DNA of 64,000 bases, from assembly GCA_965116875.1 (NCBI GenBank), contig OZ220733.1, positions 3,744,001 to 3,808,000 of the forward strand. Reading direction: 5' to 3'. Under the pieces are notes generated by a model. It made no database searches. It was given only the letters and a program-made list of their open reading frames with translations, and was not told the DNA's origin. Positions 50,218-59,982 of the stretch are shown here, one piece after another. Positions within the stretch are counted from its first letter, which is position 1. Every line of letters begins with the position of its first letter. The position numbers and the translations under genes were made by a program. Source of the stretch: Candidatus Latescibacterota bacterium. Its GTDB lineage: Bacteria > Latescibacterota > UBA2968 > GCA-2709665.

Positions 50218-51222
50218 ATGCCAATCATCGTTGTTGACAATCTGACAAAGGAATACCGGAGGATGAAGCGAACGGCTGGCCTGGCGGGTTCCATCCGAAG
50301 CCTGTTTTCGCGCGAGTATGAGACAATACTCGCTGTCAATGATGTCTCTTTCCACGTTGAAGTAGGCGAGGTTGTCGGCTATATCGGCGCAAACGGCGCG
50401 GGTAAGTCTACGACGATTAAAATGCTTGTGGGAATCCTTGTCCCGACGTCCGGCCTTGTCACGGTGCGCGGTCTGGTGCCGCACGAAAACAGAGTTGAGA
50501 ATGCAAAAAAAATGGGGGTTGTTTTTGGGCAGAGAACACAGTTATGGTGGGATATTCCCGTATCCGAGTCATTGAACCTGATGCGTCACATGTTTAAAAT
50601 CCCCGAAAAGCGTTTCAACGAAAACATCGCTCTCTTTGGGAATATCCTCGATCTGAGGGAATTTATCGACACGCCTGTCCGCCAACTCAGTCTCGGACAA
50701 CGAATGAGAGCGGATATCTGTGCGGCATTATTGCACGATCCCGACATTTTATATCTGGATGAGCCTACAATCGGATTGGACGTCGTTGCGAAGGAACGCA
50801 TCAGGGAGTTCATTAAGAGCGTGAATCGTGAAAGAGGCACAACCGTTATCCTGACCACGCATGACATGTCGGATATTGAAAAGCTCTGCTCAAGAGTCAT
50901 GGTGATCGATAAGGGCAGCGTTGTCTACGATGGCCAGTTACAGCAGCTCAAGGAGAAATATGGGACCGAAGAGACGCTGACGATTGAAACCGATGGCGGT
51001 TCAATAGATGATAAGGATCTACGCGAATTGGGCATCCAGGACGTCAACCGCCAGGGTAACAGGTACATATTCCGATATGACAAACGAAAGGTGACTTCCT
51101 CTTCTTTGATTCAATTTGTCCTGGATCACTGTCAAATACGTGATTTTGACGTCCAACAAGCTGAAATCGAGGAAGTGATTCGCCGGTTGTACTTGAGTAT
51201 GGCTGACCGCAGACACGGTTAA
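50218..51222 (+). CDS. ABC transporter ATP-binding protein (COG4586-like)
   Basis: GANGAGKST, VFGQRTQLWWDIP, LSLGQRMR, LDEPTIGLD, TTHDM. Confidence 0.93.
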   Translation: MPIIVVDNLTKEYRRMKRTAGLAGSIRSLFSREYETILAVNDVSFHVEVGEVVGYIGANGAGKSTTIKMLVGILVPTSGLVTVRGLVPHENRVENAKKMGVVFGQRTQLWWDIPVSESLNLMRHMFKIPEKRFNENIALFGNILDLREFIDTPVRQLSLGQRMRADICAALLHDPDILYLDEPTIGLDVVAKERIREFIKSVNRERGTTVILTTHDMSDIEKLCSRVMVIDKGSVVYDGQLQQLKEKYGTEETLTIETDGGSIDDKDLRELGIQDVNRQGNRYIFRYDKRKVTSSSLIQFVLDHCQIRDFDVQQAEIEEVIRRLYLSMADRRHG

Positions 51223-51310
51223 TCTGCCTGATTGAACAGGGAGCGTACACGAGTCCGCCCCGTCTTATGGATGGGTTCGCATTGACTCAGGCGTCAGAAT
51301 CGATTCCAAA

Positions 51311-52114
51311 ATGCGAGTATACTTCGAGTTTATAAAAAATGGAGCGCAGACCGAACTGGCATACAGAATGAGCGTTTTTCTTCGGATCGCCAGTCAACTG
51401 TTCATTCTTGTCGTGAGAGTCGCAATGTGGAACGCATTGCTGAAGGCAGCAGGTGGTGGGGTTGCCACGGACATGGGGTACGTGAATCTTGAAGATATGA
51501 TGACTTACAATGTGATGAGTTCGGTAGCGACAATATTGATATCGACAACCGTCCTCAATGAAGTCGACGAGAAAATCAAGTCAGGCCAGGTCAGTATTGA
51601 CCTGATCAGACCCTTCAACTTTAAAGGATCCCTGTTTTGCTCGACAATCGGCACAAACTCCGTGAAGGCGTTGATAGAAGCGTTACCTCTCTTTATTGTT
51701 TCATTTCTGCTCTATGACATAAGCGTACCATCGTTGAAATATCTGCTCTTATCCCTGTTTTGTCTTGTCAACGCCCTGGTTTTGCTCTTCATGCTCAATT
51801 ATGTGCTCGGATTACTGGGATTCTGGTATCTCTCGGTGTGGCAGTTCAGGATGATTGTCGGGATGCTAATCATGATTCTGGGCGGGCAACAGATACCGCT
51901 CTGGTTTTTTCCTGACTATCTTGTCGATGTCTCTGCATACCTTCCCTTCAGGCTGGTTTACTTTGCTCCTTTATCGATATTTCTTGAAAAGATATCGTTG
52001 ATAGATTCGCTAAGTTTGATTCTTCAGCAATTTCTGTGGATCGGATTTCTTATCCTCATAGAAAAAACGGTCTGGTCCAGAGGAATTAGAAAGCTCGTTA
52101 TTCAGGGAGGCTAG
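51311..52114 (+). CDS. ABC-2 family permease (DUF990/COG4587-like), copy 1
   Basis: AYR, KIKSGQ..DLIRP, IPLWFFP, LPF, C-terminal IQGG. Confidence 0.85.
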   Translation: MRVYFEFIKNGAQTELAYRMSVFLRIASQLFILVVRVAMWNALLKAAGGGVATDMGYVNLEDMMTYNVMSSVATILISTTVLNEVDEKIKSGQVSIDLIRPFNFKGSLFCSTIGTNSVKALIEALPLFIVSFLLYDISVPSLKYLLLSLFCLVNALVLLFMLNYVLGLLGFWYLSVWQFRMIVGMLIMILGGQQIPLWFFPDYLVDVSAYLPFRLVYFAPLSIFLEKISLIDSLSLILQQFLWIGFLILIEKTVWSRGIRKLVIQGG

Positions 52115-52116
52115 AA

Positions 52117-52941
52117 GTGGGCAACCTTCCGTTGTATCGTGGGTTTATTACCGCCCATATGAAGGCCCAGATGGAGTATCGATTCGGGTTTTTCGTAGAA
52201 CATTTCGTCTTAATGTTGTACTATTGCATTTCATATTTGGGCCTCTGGATTGTCCTTGAGAAATTTCAGACGATCGCTGGCTGGACATTCTATGAAGTAT
52301 TGCTTCTTTTCAGCCTCAACCTCTTTGCGTACTCCCTGAGCAGTTTCTTCTTCGGGTTTGGATCCATGCGCAATATGGACAGCCTTGTCCAACAAGGAAC
52401 GTTTGATAGCGTGTTGATTTTTCCCCTGAATCCGTTGGTACACCTCGCATTGAAACACTTCTCAAATAACTATGTCGCTCATTCGGTCCTCTGCATCGTA
52501 ATCTTCGTCGTGTGTTTCGAAGAATTGGATATCAAACTTGGACTCCTGGATGTCCTGCTTTTTTGTGTAGTCTTGATAGGTGGCGCGTTGATTCAGGCTG
52601 CGGCGATGATATCGACAGGAACGATCAGCTTCTGGTTTGTCAGGTCGACGTCCGCGGTAGACGGGGCAATGCAACACACGGCGAAATTTGTGGACTATCC
52701 GATTATAATCTATCAACGGTGGGTTCAGGTCGTTTTGACTTTCGTACTTCCGTTTGCGTTTATCAGTTTCTACCCTGCAGAGACGTTTCTCGGTCGAAAC
52801 AACACCTCTGTTCTACATGGTATTTTGATTTTCGACCCGCTGTTTCAATTCGGAACGCCATTGGTCGGGGCAGTCCTGTTTTTTCTCGCGTACGTGTTCT
52901 GGAAGTGGGGAATCAACCACTATCAGAGTACCGGTACTTGA
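52117..52941 (+). CDS. ABC-2 family permease (DUF990/COG3694-like), copy 1
   Basis: MEYR, GWTFYE, GTFDSVL..P.NP, YP..IY, PFAF..FYP, C-terminal YQSTGT. Confidence 0.85.
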   Translation: MGNLPLYRGFITAHMKAQMEYRFGFFVEHFVLMLYYCISYLGLWIVLEKFQTIAGWTFYEVLLLFSLNLFAYSLSSFFFGFGSMRNMDSLVQQGTFDSVLIFPLNPLVHLALKHFSNNYVAHSVLCIVIFVVCFEELDIKLGLLDVLLFCVVLIGGALIQAAAMISTGTISFWFVRSTSAVDGAMQHTAKFVDYPIIIYQRWVQVVLTFVLPFAFISFYPAETFLGRNNTSVLHGILIFDPLFQFGTPLVGAVLFFLAYVFWKWGINHYQSTGT

Positions 52942-52967
52942 ACTTGTCGATCAGGTAGTCACATAAA

Positions 52968-54026
52968 ATGGCGAAAGTCCCTTCCATACTCAGGTTTGCA
53001 GTCCGTGCAATGGTGGTACTGTTCCTGGTGTCGACCGTTCTGTGGCTCGTGAAGATCGACCAGGTTGCAGTCGGCGAGGGGCTCGTTAGTGCTGAACGCG
53101 AATCCTGGATTGGTTCCCGCGTTGAAGCTCGCGTAGAGTCCGTCCTGATCAAAGAAGGCGAAATGGTAGCTCTCGGCGACACATTGGTTAAACTGGATGG
53201 TTCAATTGCCAGGCTTCAATTGGACGAAGCCAAACATTCGTACAGAACGGCTATTGCCGAACGGGAGGTCAGTCGCGCTGAGATTGAGATCCTGGAAACT
53301 CCCCTGTCCGGGAATATTATCGCCGTACTTCAATCTGAATTGCGATCTTCAAGAGAACAACTGGATCACGCCGAGGGTCAACTTCGCAGAGAACGCGAAC
53401 TGATGATGCGTGGCGGGCTTACGTCTGCAGAGGAGCTGGCGGATGCCGTCTTGGACTCCAAGTTAACGGCCCTTCGGGTTCAGAAAATCGCATCCAAAAT
53501 AGCTGCCGAACAGGAGGAACCGGTCGCTGCACGTATACGGAAGGCTCGTTTCGACCTGCAAGCCAATCAGGCTCTCGTCCGCAAAGCCGAGGTTGAAATC
53601 TTAAAGAAAAGCAGGAACTTAGCCGACCACGCTCTCGTTGCTCCTGATTCTGGACGGATTCATCTGGTATTGGTCAGGAGGGGCGATATGGTCGCTGTGG
53701 GAGACTCTCTTCTATTGCTTGTGCCGAATGGACGTAAGTATGCGAAATGTATGGTGCCGGCAAAATTCGGGCCCTGGTTGGAGGTGGGACAGAGAGTGAT
53801 GATTTCGCCTGTCTGGGAACGGTCGTACGAGCTATCCGGACAGGTCAATTCCGTACGTCGCCATGTCGAAAAAGACCACCTCTCGGTGCTGGTTGACGTG
53901 AGTTTTGACTCGCCCCCTCCGCTGACGCTGGGCGACAAAATCAGAGTTGAAATAACACTTAGACGGAGTGGTTTGTTAAAGCTTCTATTATTCCCTTTCG
54001 AGTGGGAACAGGCCACAACATGGTAA
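52968..54026 (+). CDS. HlyD family periplasmic adaptor, copy 1
   Basis: IDQVAVGEG, IKEGEMV..GDTLVKLD, long coiled coil, LVAPDSG. Confidence 0.8.
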   Translation: MAKVPSILRFAVRAMVVLFLVSTVLWLVKIDQVAVGEGLVSAERESWIGSRVEARVESVLIKEGEMVALGDTLVKLDGSIARLQLDEAKHSYRTAIAEREVSRAEIEILETPLSGNIIAVLQSELRSSREQLDHAEGQLRRERELMMRGGLTSAEELADAVLDSKLTALRVQKIASKIAAEQEEPVAARIRKARFDLQANQALVRKAEVEILKKSRNLADHALVAPDSGRIHLVLVRRGDMVAVGDSLLLLVPNGRKYAKCMVPAKFGPWLEVGQRVMISPVWERSYELSGQVNSVRRHVEKDHLSVLVDVSFDSPPPLTLGDKIRVEITLRRSGLLKLLLFPFEWEQATTW

Positions 54027-54124
54027 GAATGTGAGAACTCGTAACGCGTGCGCGTGTCGAGTTTTGCAACGCAAGAGATGTGCCTGGCCGGGTACACCTG
54101 AACCGTCTCACGGGCGGCCATGAA

Positions 54125-54925
54125 ATGAAAGTCTATATTGAATTCCTGAAGAACGCCTTCCAGTCCAACCTGGCCTACAAGATGAACGTCTTCTTGAGCC
54201 TGGTCAGTTCTATCGTCGTTCTTCTGGTACAGATCTATTTCTGGCGCGCGCTGTTTCAGGATATCGGTCAGACACAGACGAACATGGGGGTCATCAGCTT
54301 TCGGGACATGGTCTCGTACACGCTTGTCAGCACCGGAATTTCCATTGCGATCAGCACGACGACTGTCTTCAAGGTCAACGACAAGATCAGATCGGGAGAA
54401 ATCGCCATGGACCTCATCAAGCCGGTGAGTCTGAAAGGTATGTTGTTTTTCGATGCGCTTGGAAACAACGGCTTCAGGGTGGTTTTCCAGTTGACGCCGT
54501 TTCTGATTGTTGGCATCCTGATGTTCGGCATTCGCATACCCTCCGTGCCGTATCTTGTCCTGTTCGTGATATCGGCGATCAACGGCATGATGATTTATTT
54601 TTCGATCAGCTATTTGATCGGACTGATCGGATTCTGGTTCCTTGCCGTGACGTCACTGAGTATGCTGTTCAACGTTCTGATCAACGTCTTCTCGGGTGAG
54701 ATGGTACCGCTCTGGTTCTTCCCCGATTTTCTTTACGAACTTTCCGCTTTCCTCCCGTTCCGACTCATCTATTTCGCACCGCTGGCGATATTTCTGGAGA
54801 AAACAGTCCTGGCCGACGCGATCGGCTTTATCCTGCAGCAATTCCTCTGGATCGGAATTCTGGCGGGAATCGAAAAAATATTGTGGATGAGAGCAGTGAG
54901 AAAGCTGGTCATACAGGGCGGTTGA
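54125..54925 (+). CDS. ABC-2 family permease (DUF990/COG4587-like), copy 2
   Basis: Paralog of 51311 (YIEF.KN, PLWFFP, RKLVIQGG). Confidence 0.85.
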   Translation: MKVYIEFLKNAFQSNLAYKMNVFLSLVSSIVVLLVQIYFWRALFQDIGQTQTNMGVISFRDMVSYTLVSTGISIAISTTTVFKVNDKIRSGEIAMDLIKPVSLKGMLFFDALGNNGFRVVFQLTPFLIVGILMFGIRIPSVPYLVLFVISAINGMMIYFSISYLIGLIGFWFLAVTSLSMLFNVLINVFSGEMVPLWFFPDFLYELSAFLPFRLIYFAPLAIFLEKTVLADAIGFILQQFLWIGILAGIEKILWMRAVRKLVIQGG

Positions 54926-54926
54926 G

Positions 54927-55748
54927 ATGGGCAACTTAAGATTGTACGGACGATTCCTGGTCGTCTATCTGAAGACCCTGATCGAATACAGATTTAACTT
55001 TTTTACTTCACAGATCATCACGATCGTTGTGTATCTGATCAGCTTCCTGGGCGTTTGGATTGTTCTGAATAAGTTCAAAATCATACACGGATGGAATTTC
55101 TATGAGATCATGCTGCTGTACAATCTCAATCTCTTTTCGTACGGCGCAAGCAGTCTGTTTTTCCGTGGACCCATGCGCCGTCTGGAGTATATGGTTCAGG
55201 ACGGTTCATTCGACAGTATTCTGATCTATCCGATGAACCCTTTCGCGAACTTGATTTGTCGCGATTTCAGTCACAGTTTCATGGCCCATATGGTCCTGGG
55301 CGTCGTATTCTTTTATATCTGTTTTGAAAACCTGAGCATTGTGTGGACGTGGATGAACGTGGTCTGGTTCGGGCTGGTGCTGATTGGCGCCACGTTGATC
55401 CAGGCGGCGATCATGGTACTGACGGGAACGATGAGCTTCTGGTTTGTGAGGTCGGCGGCAGTTGTCGATACGGCGATTTACGGTTTGAGGAGGTTTGTCA
55501 ACTATCCTCTCGGCATGTACGACAAATGGGTGCAGGTACTCTTGACTTTCGTCATCCCCTACGGCTTTGTCGCCTATTTCCCTGCGGAGGATTTCCTGAA
55601 CAAATCGGACGCTCCATTGTTCCACGGGATCACTCTGTTCGATCCGTTATTCCAGTACGGGACGCCTCTGGTCGGCATCGTGAGCTTTTTCCTGGCATAC
55701 AGACTCTGGTGTGTCGGCATCAACAGATACGAGAGTACAGGATCGTAG
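54927..55748 (+). CDS. ABC-2 family permease (DUF990/COG3694-like), copy 2
   Basis: Paralog of 52117 (MGNL.LY, FDPLFQ.GTPLVG, YESTGS). Confidence 0.85.
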   Translation: MGNLRLYGRFLVVYLKTLIEYRFNFFTSQIITIVVYLISFLGVWIVLNKFKIIHGWNFYEIMLLYNLNLFSYGASSLFFRGPMRRLEYMVQDGSFDSILIYPMNPFANLICRDFSHSFMAHMVLGVVFFYICFENLSIVWTWMNVVWFGLVLIGATLIQAAIMVLTGTMSFWFVRSAAVVDTAIYGLRRFVNYPLGMYDKWVQVLLTFVIPYGFVAYFPAEDFLNKSDAPLFHGITLFDPLFQYGTPLVGIVSFFLAYRLWCVGINRYESTGS

Positions 55749-55769
55749 TCTCCTGCGGGTTTTGATACC

Positions 55770-56825
55770 ATGCTGCGTACTTCCAAATACATCCTGCGCT
55801 TCCTTGCGGTCATTCTGGCCGTCGTCGCAGTTCTGTGGTTTGTGGAAATCGACCAGGTGGCAAAGGGCACAGGAAGAATCGTACCCGAGAGAGAAATCTG
55901 GATAAGTGGGCTCGTCGAAGCGCAGATCGCAAGGGTCTACGTGGAAGAGGGTCAACTGGTGGCGGCGGGAGATTCGCTGATTGCGTTCAAGAGAGACATC
56001 GCCGAATCCCGGCTCACGGTTGCAAGACGAGCCTATGAGCGTTCCGTGGCCGAGCGGGAGGCCGCGAGGGCTGCGCTCCAGGCCGTGGAGGCGTCGCCTC
56101 CCGAACAGGAACTGAAAGGACTCAGCAGTGAATTGGAAACCATGAAGGAGAAAGCTCGTTTGGCGAACTGGCAGTTGAAGATGGCACAGAGATTATTCGA
56201 TCACGGCGGGCTTGTCAGTGCTGACGATCTGGAGAAAGCCAGGTCGGATTCGATCCTCGCCACGATGCATATCGAGAAATCGATGTCAGCGTTGGAGTTG
56301 TTGAAGTCAGGGGCGATAACTCCCCTTCGCAAGAAGGCGTTCTTTACGTTCAAGGCAAGGGATGCGGAAGTTGCCGAAGCGGAAGCGGCGTACACCATGT
56401 TTCGCCGGGAAATGGGACACTATACGCTGCGGGCGCCCGCGCCGGGACGGATCCTGATGGTCCTGCGCAAGGCGGGCGCGGTTCCCGCCGTGGGCGATAC
56501 GCTGATGTTGATCGGATCGGAGGATCCTGTGATGGCCGAGTGCCACGTTCCCGCAGAGTTCGCTCCGTGGATCAGGCGGGGACAGGATGTCGATCTCTGG
56601 CCGCAGTGGGAAAGTTCATATGAATTTTCGGGCCAGGTTCATTCCGTGCGACGCTATGTGCAGCGAAAGGGATATCCCTCGGTACGCGTACTTGTGAAAA
56701 TCGATTCGGCGCCACCTCTGATTCCCGGCAACCGACTCGTGGCCGAGGTAAAGCTGCGCCGCGCCAGTGTTCTTGAGTTGATTCTGTTTCCATTTGACTG
56801 GTCAATCGCCGGCGATTCAGAATAG
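55770..56825 (+). CDS. HlyD family periplasmic adaptor, copy 2
   Basis: Paralog of 52968 (IDQVA.G, VPA.F.PW, GQV.SVRR, LFPF.W). Confidence 0.8.
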   Translation: MLRTSKYILRFLAVILAVVAVLWFVEIDQVAKGTGRIVPEREIWISGLVEAQIARVYVEEGQLVAAGDSLIAFKRDIAESRLTVARRAYERSVAEREAARAALQAVEASPPEQELKGLSSELETMKEKARLANWQLKMAQRLFDHGGLVSADDLEKARSDSILATMHIEKSMSALELLKSGAITPLRKKAFFTFKARDAEVAEAEAAYTMFRREMGHYTLRAPAPGRILMVLRKAGAVPAVGDTLMLIGSEDPVMAECHVPAEFAPWIRRGQDVDLWPQWESSYEFSGQVHSVRRYVQRKGYPSVRVLVKIDSAPPLIPGNRLVAEVKLRRASVLELILFPFDWSIAGDSE

Positions 56826-56879
56826 GCGGTTCGACGTGATGTACCGTGCCTGGTAGGCGACCGCGACGCCCTTTCCAGG

Positions 56880-58118
56880 CTAGTCGCCGAAAACCCCGTC
56901 CGCCCCGGACAGGAGATTCTCGACCCGTTCGCCCGCCTTCATCACACCCCGAACCCGCCTCAGACATGCCACATTCTCGATGGGGTTTCCGTCCACGGCA
57001 ATCACGTCGGCCAGATAACCCGGCGCGAGGCGACCCAGCTGATCCGCAACTCCCAGCAGCTCCGCCGTATTCGTCGTCACCGCCCTGATCGCGTCGGTGG
57101 CTGAAACCCCGAGGTCCGCAAGCGCTCGGGCCTCCCGCCACAACGTCGCGTGGGTGCTGTCCGTCCCCAGGCATACCTTCACGCCGGCGCGAACGGCTTC
57201 GGGCAGGTGACGCGCCGTGCGTACCCTGGCGCGCTCGACCCGACGCCGCCACCAGTCCATTCGCCAGGTTTCGAAGGACTCGAATCCAACCTCCGGGTCG
57301 AAGAACAGTTGAAGGTTGGGATCGCTCAGGTACGCGCCGGACTTCACAAACAGGTCGACGTCTTCGGCCTCGAGCAGATTCGCGTGTTCGATGCTGTCGA
57401 TCCCGGCCTCCATCGCCCACCGCATCGCCGGGCCGCCGATGGCGTGCGCGGCAACGGGAATGCCCAGGTCGTGCGAGACGCCGATCGCCTCCTCGATTTC
57501 CGCCCGTGAATAAGCCGCGATATCCGTGAGGTCTCCGCGGAGGTAGTCCTCGAAGGTATCGCCGTCTCTCACGTTGGTAATGAACAGTTTGGTCCAATCC
57601 GCGCCGCACGAGGCGTTCTCGCGTATCCGGGCCCTCAGTTCCTTTGCGCCATCCGCCGGAAATGACAGAAATGGCGCTGTCCCATGGCCCGGACGCAGCG
57701 CCTTTACACATACCTTGAGTCGGGGACCCACCGCCTCCTTTCGTTCGATCGCCTCCTGGAACGGCTTTTCGACGTCCTCACGGTCTCCAAGCGTCCGCAT
57801 CGTGGTGACGCCCGTAGCCAGGTCGCTCCGGAGGTTCATCGCCCCCCGAAGGACGGCGGTCGCGGTATCCAGTTCGAAATGGTCGTTTAGCGGTACGCGG
57901 AACCTGTTGTTGGCCGTAATGTGGGTATGGGCGTCGATCAGGGCGGGCATCACCGTCCAGGAAGACCAGTCCAGCGTCTCCCAAGCTGGATCCACGTCCA
58001 GGGTCGCCGGCGCGCCCGCGCCGAGAATGCGCTCGCCATCGATGATTGCGATCCCGCCGGGCATGGGCGCCTCTCCGGGATCCGTGATGAGCAGCTTCGA
58101 TTTGATCAGGAGCGGCAT
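56880..58118 (-). CDS. Metal-dependent amidohydrolase (prolidase-like)
   Basis: PALIDAHTH, GVTTMR, VAAHA, SIEH, GTDS, GRLAPG..ADVIAVDGNP. Confidence 0.9.
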   Translation of the reverse strand: MPLLIKSKLLITDPGEAPMPGGIAIIDGERILGAGAPATLDVDPAWETLDWSSWTVMPALIDAHTHITANNRFRVPLNDHFELDTATAVLRGAMNLRSDLATGVTTMRTLGDREDVEKPFQEAIERKEAVGPRLKVCVKALRPGHGTAPFLSFPADGAKELRARIRENASCGADWTKLFITNVRDGDTFEDYLRGDLTDIAAYSRAEIEEAIGVSHDLGIPVAAHAIGGPAMRWAMEAGIDSIEHANLLEAEDVDLFVKSGAYLSDPNLQLFFDPEVGFESFETWRMDWWRRRVERARVRTARHLPEAVRAGVKVCLGTDSTHATLWREARALADLGVSATDAIRAVTTNTAELLGVADQLGRLAPGYLADVIAVDGNPIENVACLRRVRGVMKAGERVENLLSGADGVFGD

Positions 58119-58157
58119 GGGCGGGCCGTAACCTCTACCGGGAGTCGACGAACGGCG

Positions 58158-59096
58158 TCAGACGCGGACCAGTTTGCGGAAACTGCGCATTTCTCTGGGC
58201 GGATCCAGCTGCGAGCCGAACGCGCTCCAGGACACCTCTCCCACGTAGATGTCCCCTCGCGAGTCCACGGCCACACCGTGCGGCGCCGTGAACTGGCCGG
58301 GACCCTCGCCGGCCAGGGGGTCGCCCAGCCGGGCGAGGCGTTCGCCGTTCAGGTCGTGAATGCTCACGCACGAGCCTATGTCGGGATAGGTTGCGTTGAC
58401 CTCGAGTTGCGTGGGCAGTTGTCCGACGTAAACGAGGTCGCCGTCGATATGAAGACCGCAGGGACGGTGAAGATTGTTCCACTGTGTGAGATAATTGCCC
58501 TCGGGGTCGAACACCTGCACACGGTGGTTCTCCCGGTCGGCAATGTAGACCGAACCACGGCTGTCCGTACAGACGCTGTGCACCAGGTTGAACTGTCCCG
58601 GATCCGTTCCGTAATTTCCCCACGACGACAGATGTTCGCCCGTCGGTGAAAACCTGTGCACGCGCGCGTTGCCGTAACCGTCAGATACGTAAAGGTCTCC
58701 CGTCGCCGGATCGAAAGCCACCTTGGTGGGCTGGTTGAACGGCAACCCGCTCTGCGCCGGGGCGCCCTCGCCGGGGGTGCCGATGACCATCAGAACCTCG
58801 CCTTCCAGCGTGCACTTGCGGATACAGTGTCCCTGGTCATCCACGCAATACAGCATGCCGTCGGGCCCCAGCGTCAGGCCGTGGGGACGCACGAACAGGC
58901 CCTCGCCCCATGATTCCAGGAAGTGCCCGTCCCGGTCGAACACGATCACCGGATGTTCTCCCCGGTTGAACACGTAAACCCGGTCGTCGGAGTCTACGGC
59001 CACGTCCACCACCTCCTTGAACCGCCAGCCGCCGGGCAGACGCGCCCAATCGGTTCGTTCCTCATACTGGTATTCACCGCTGCCGAGAATCGTCAT
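58158..59096 (-). CDS. NHL-repeat peptidyl-alpha-hydroxyglycine alpha-amidating lyase-like protein
   Basis: RPHGL, FNQPT.VA, VSDGYGNARVH, ADRENHRVQVF, PHGVAVDS. Confidence 0.85.
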   Translation of the reverse strand: MTILGSGEYQYEERTDWARLPGGWRFKEVVDVAVDSDDRVYVFNRGEHPVIVFDRDGHFLESWGEGLFVRPHGLTLGPDGMLYCVDDQGHCIRKCTLEGEVLMVIGTPGEGAPAQSGLPFNQPTKVAFDPATGDLYVSDGYGNARVHRFSPTGEHLSSWGNYGTDPGQFNLVHSVCTDSRGSVYIADRENHRVQVFDPEGNYLTQWNNLHRPCGLHIDGDLVYVGQLPTQLEVNATYPDIGSCVSIHDLNGERLARLGDPLAGEGPGQFTAPHGVAVDSRGDIYVGEVSWSAFGSQLDPPREMRSFRKLVRV

Positions 59097-59302
59097 TGGG
59101 CAACCCTTTCGTCTCTGTCGATGTTTGGTCCGCACCGCGGGCTCTCGCCGGACGGCGTCGCGGAATCCGTGTTGTTTCCACGATTTGAGCCAACAATCGA
59201 ACGGTGTGCAGTATACGCCTCCGTACTCCGGACTGTCAACCGGAACCGGTGTCGCCGGTGGCGGGTCTGTTGTGGATTCGAATGGGTGCGCCATCCTCCT
59301 AC

Positions 59303-59382
59303 CAGCCCGTTGAAAAAGCCCATCCGGGCTGCCTGCCAGGACTTCACTGGCAGGCCTGCAGAGCGACTTTATCAACGGACTG
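59303..59382 (+). mobile_element. MITE, short (80 bp) copy
   Basis: Ends CAGCCCGTTGAAAAAG / CTTTATCAACGGACTG (16-bp imperfect TIR); internal hairpin CCTGCCAG-N7-CTGGCAGG. Confidence 0.7.
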
Positions 59383-59494
59383 CTACGGCGCATAAATCAC
59401 TTGATTGCGAAAAAGCGCGGCGCTATCTTCTGCCACGCGAAGTCTCGCCTGGCTCCGAAAGGCGCCATCCGACGAACAACAGGAAACCGACTTC

Positions 59495-59767
59495 ATGAAC
59501 ATCGCACCCGTACAGGTCGCCTACCGTGGTTTTCAGTGCAATCTCTCCGACGACCGCATCCTGAACTGCATCCAGCGTGCGCTGCACACGGGAAGGGTGA
59601 AGCGTCCACCGTTCACGCGCTGGCCGGGGGGAGAACCGATCTCCGTCCACATCGGCGAGTCCCACCTGACGAACTGGAGGCGGCAGTACCAGGAAGGCGC
59701 GAAAGTGAACATCCCTGAAAAACTGACAGAAGAGTTGAACGACATCCTCGGTATAGTCTCTTCGTGA
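59495..59767 (+). CDS. Hypothetical protein (90 aa)
   Basis: AGGA RBS-like sequence, GC3-rich codons, clean intergenic placement. Confidence 0.55.
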   Translation: MNIAPVQVAYRGFQCNLSDDRILNCIQRALHTGRVKRPPFTRWPGGEPISVHIGESHLTNWRRQYQEGAKVNIPEKLTEELNDILGIVSS

Positions 59768-59982
59768 GGGGAAACGCGAACGCAAAGTGAATAGTTTCCG
59801 GCGTTGTTTTTTATATGGTGGAGAGACGGAAGACGGGAGAGGGTAGAGATTACCTGCCTTGTGCGGATTCTTTCAGTGCCGGAGGCAAGAAGGGAAAACA
59901 TACCGGGCAATGGGTTTCTTCTACCGTCTTCCGTCTCACGGCTTCCCGATTTTCTGCCTCCGATTCGAAAAAGGAGACCGCA

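Larger units (their letters stand above)
36470..56830 (+). mobile_element. Putative AT-rich genomic island carrying a sigma54 two-component system and two ABC export clusters
   Basis: Abrupt shift to AT-richer sequence and codon usage; long antisense shadow ORFs largely disappear; all genes on +; no integrase seen; boundaries approximate. Confidence 0.55.
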
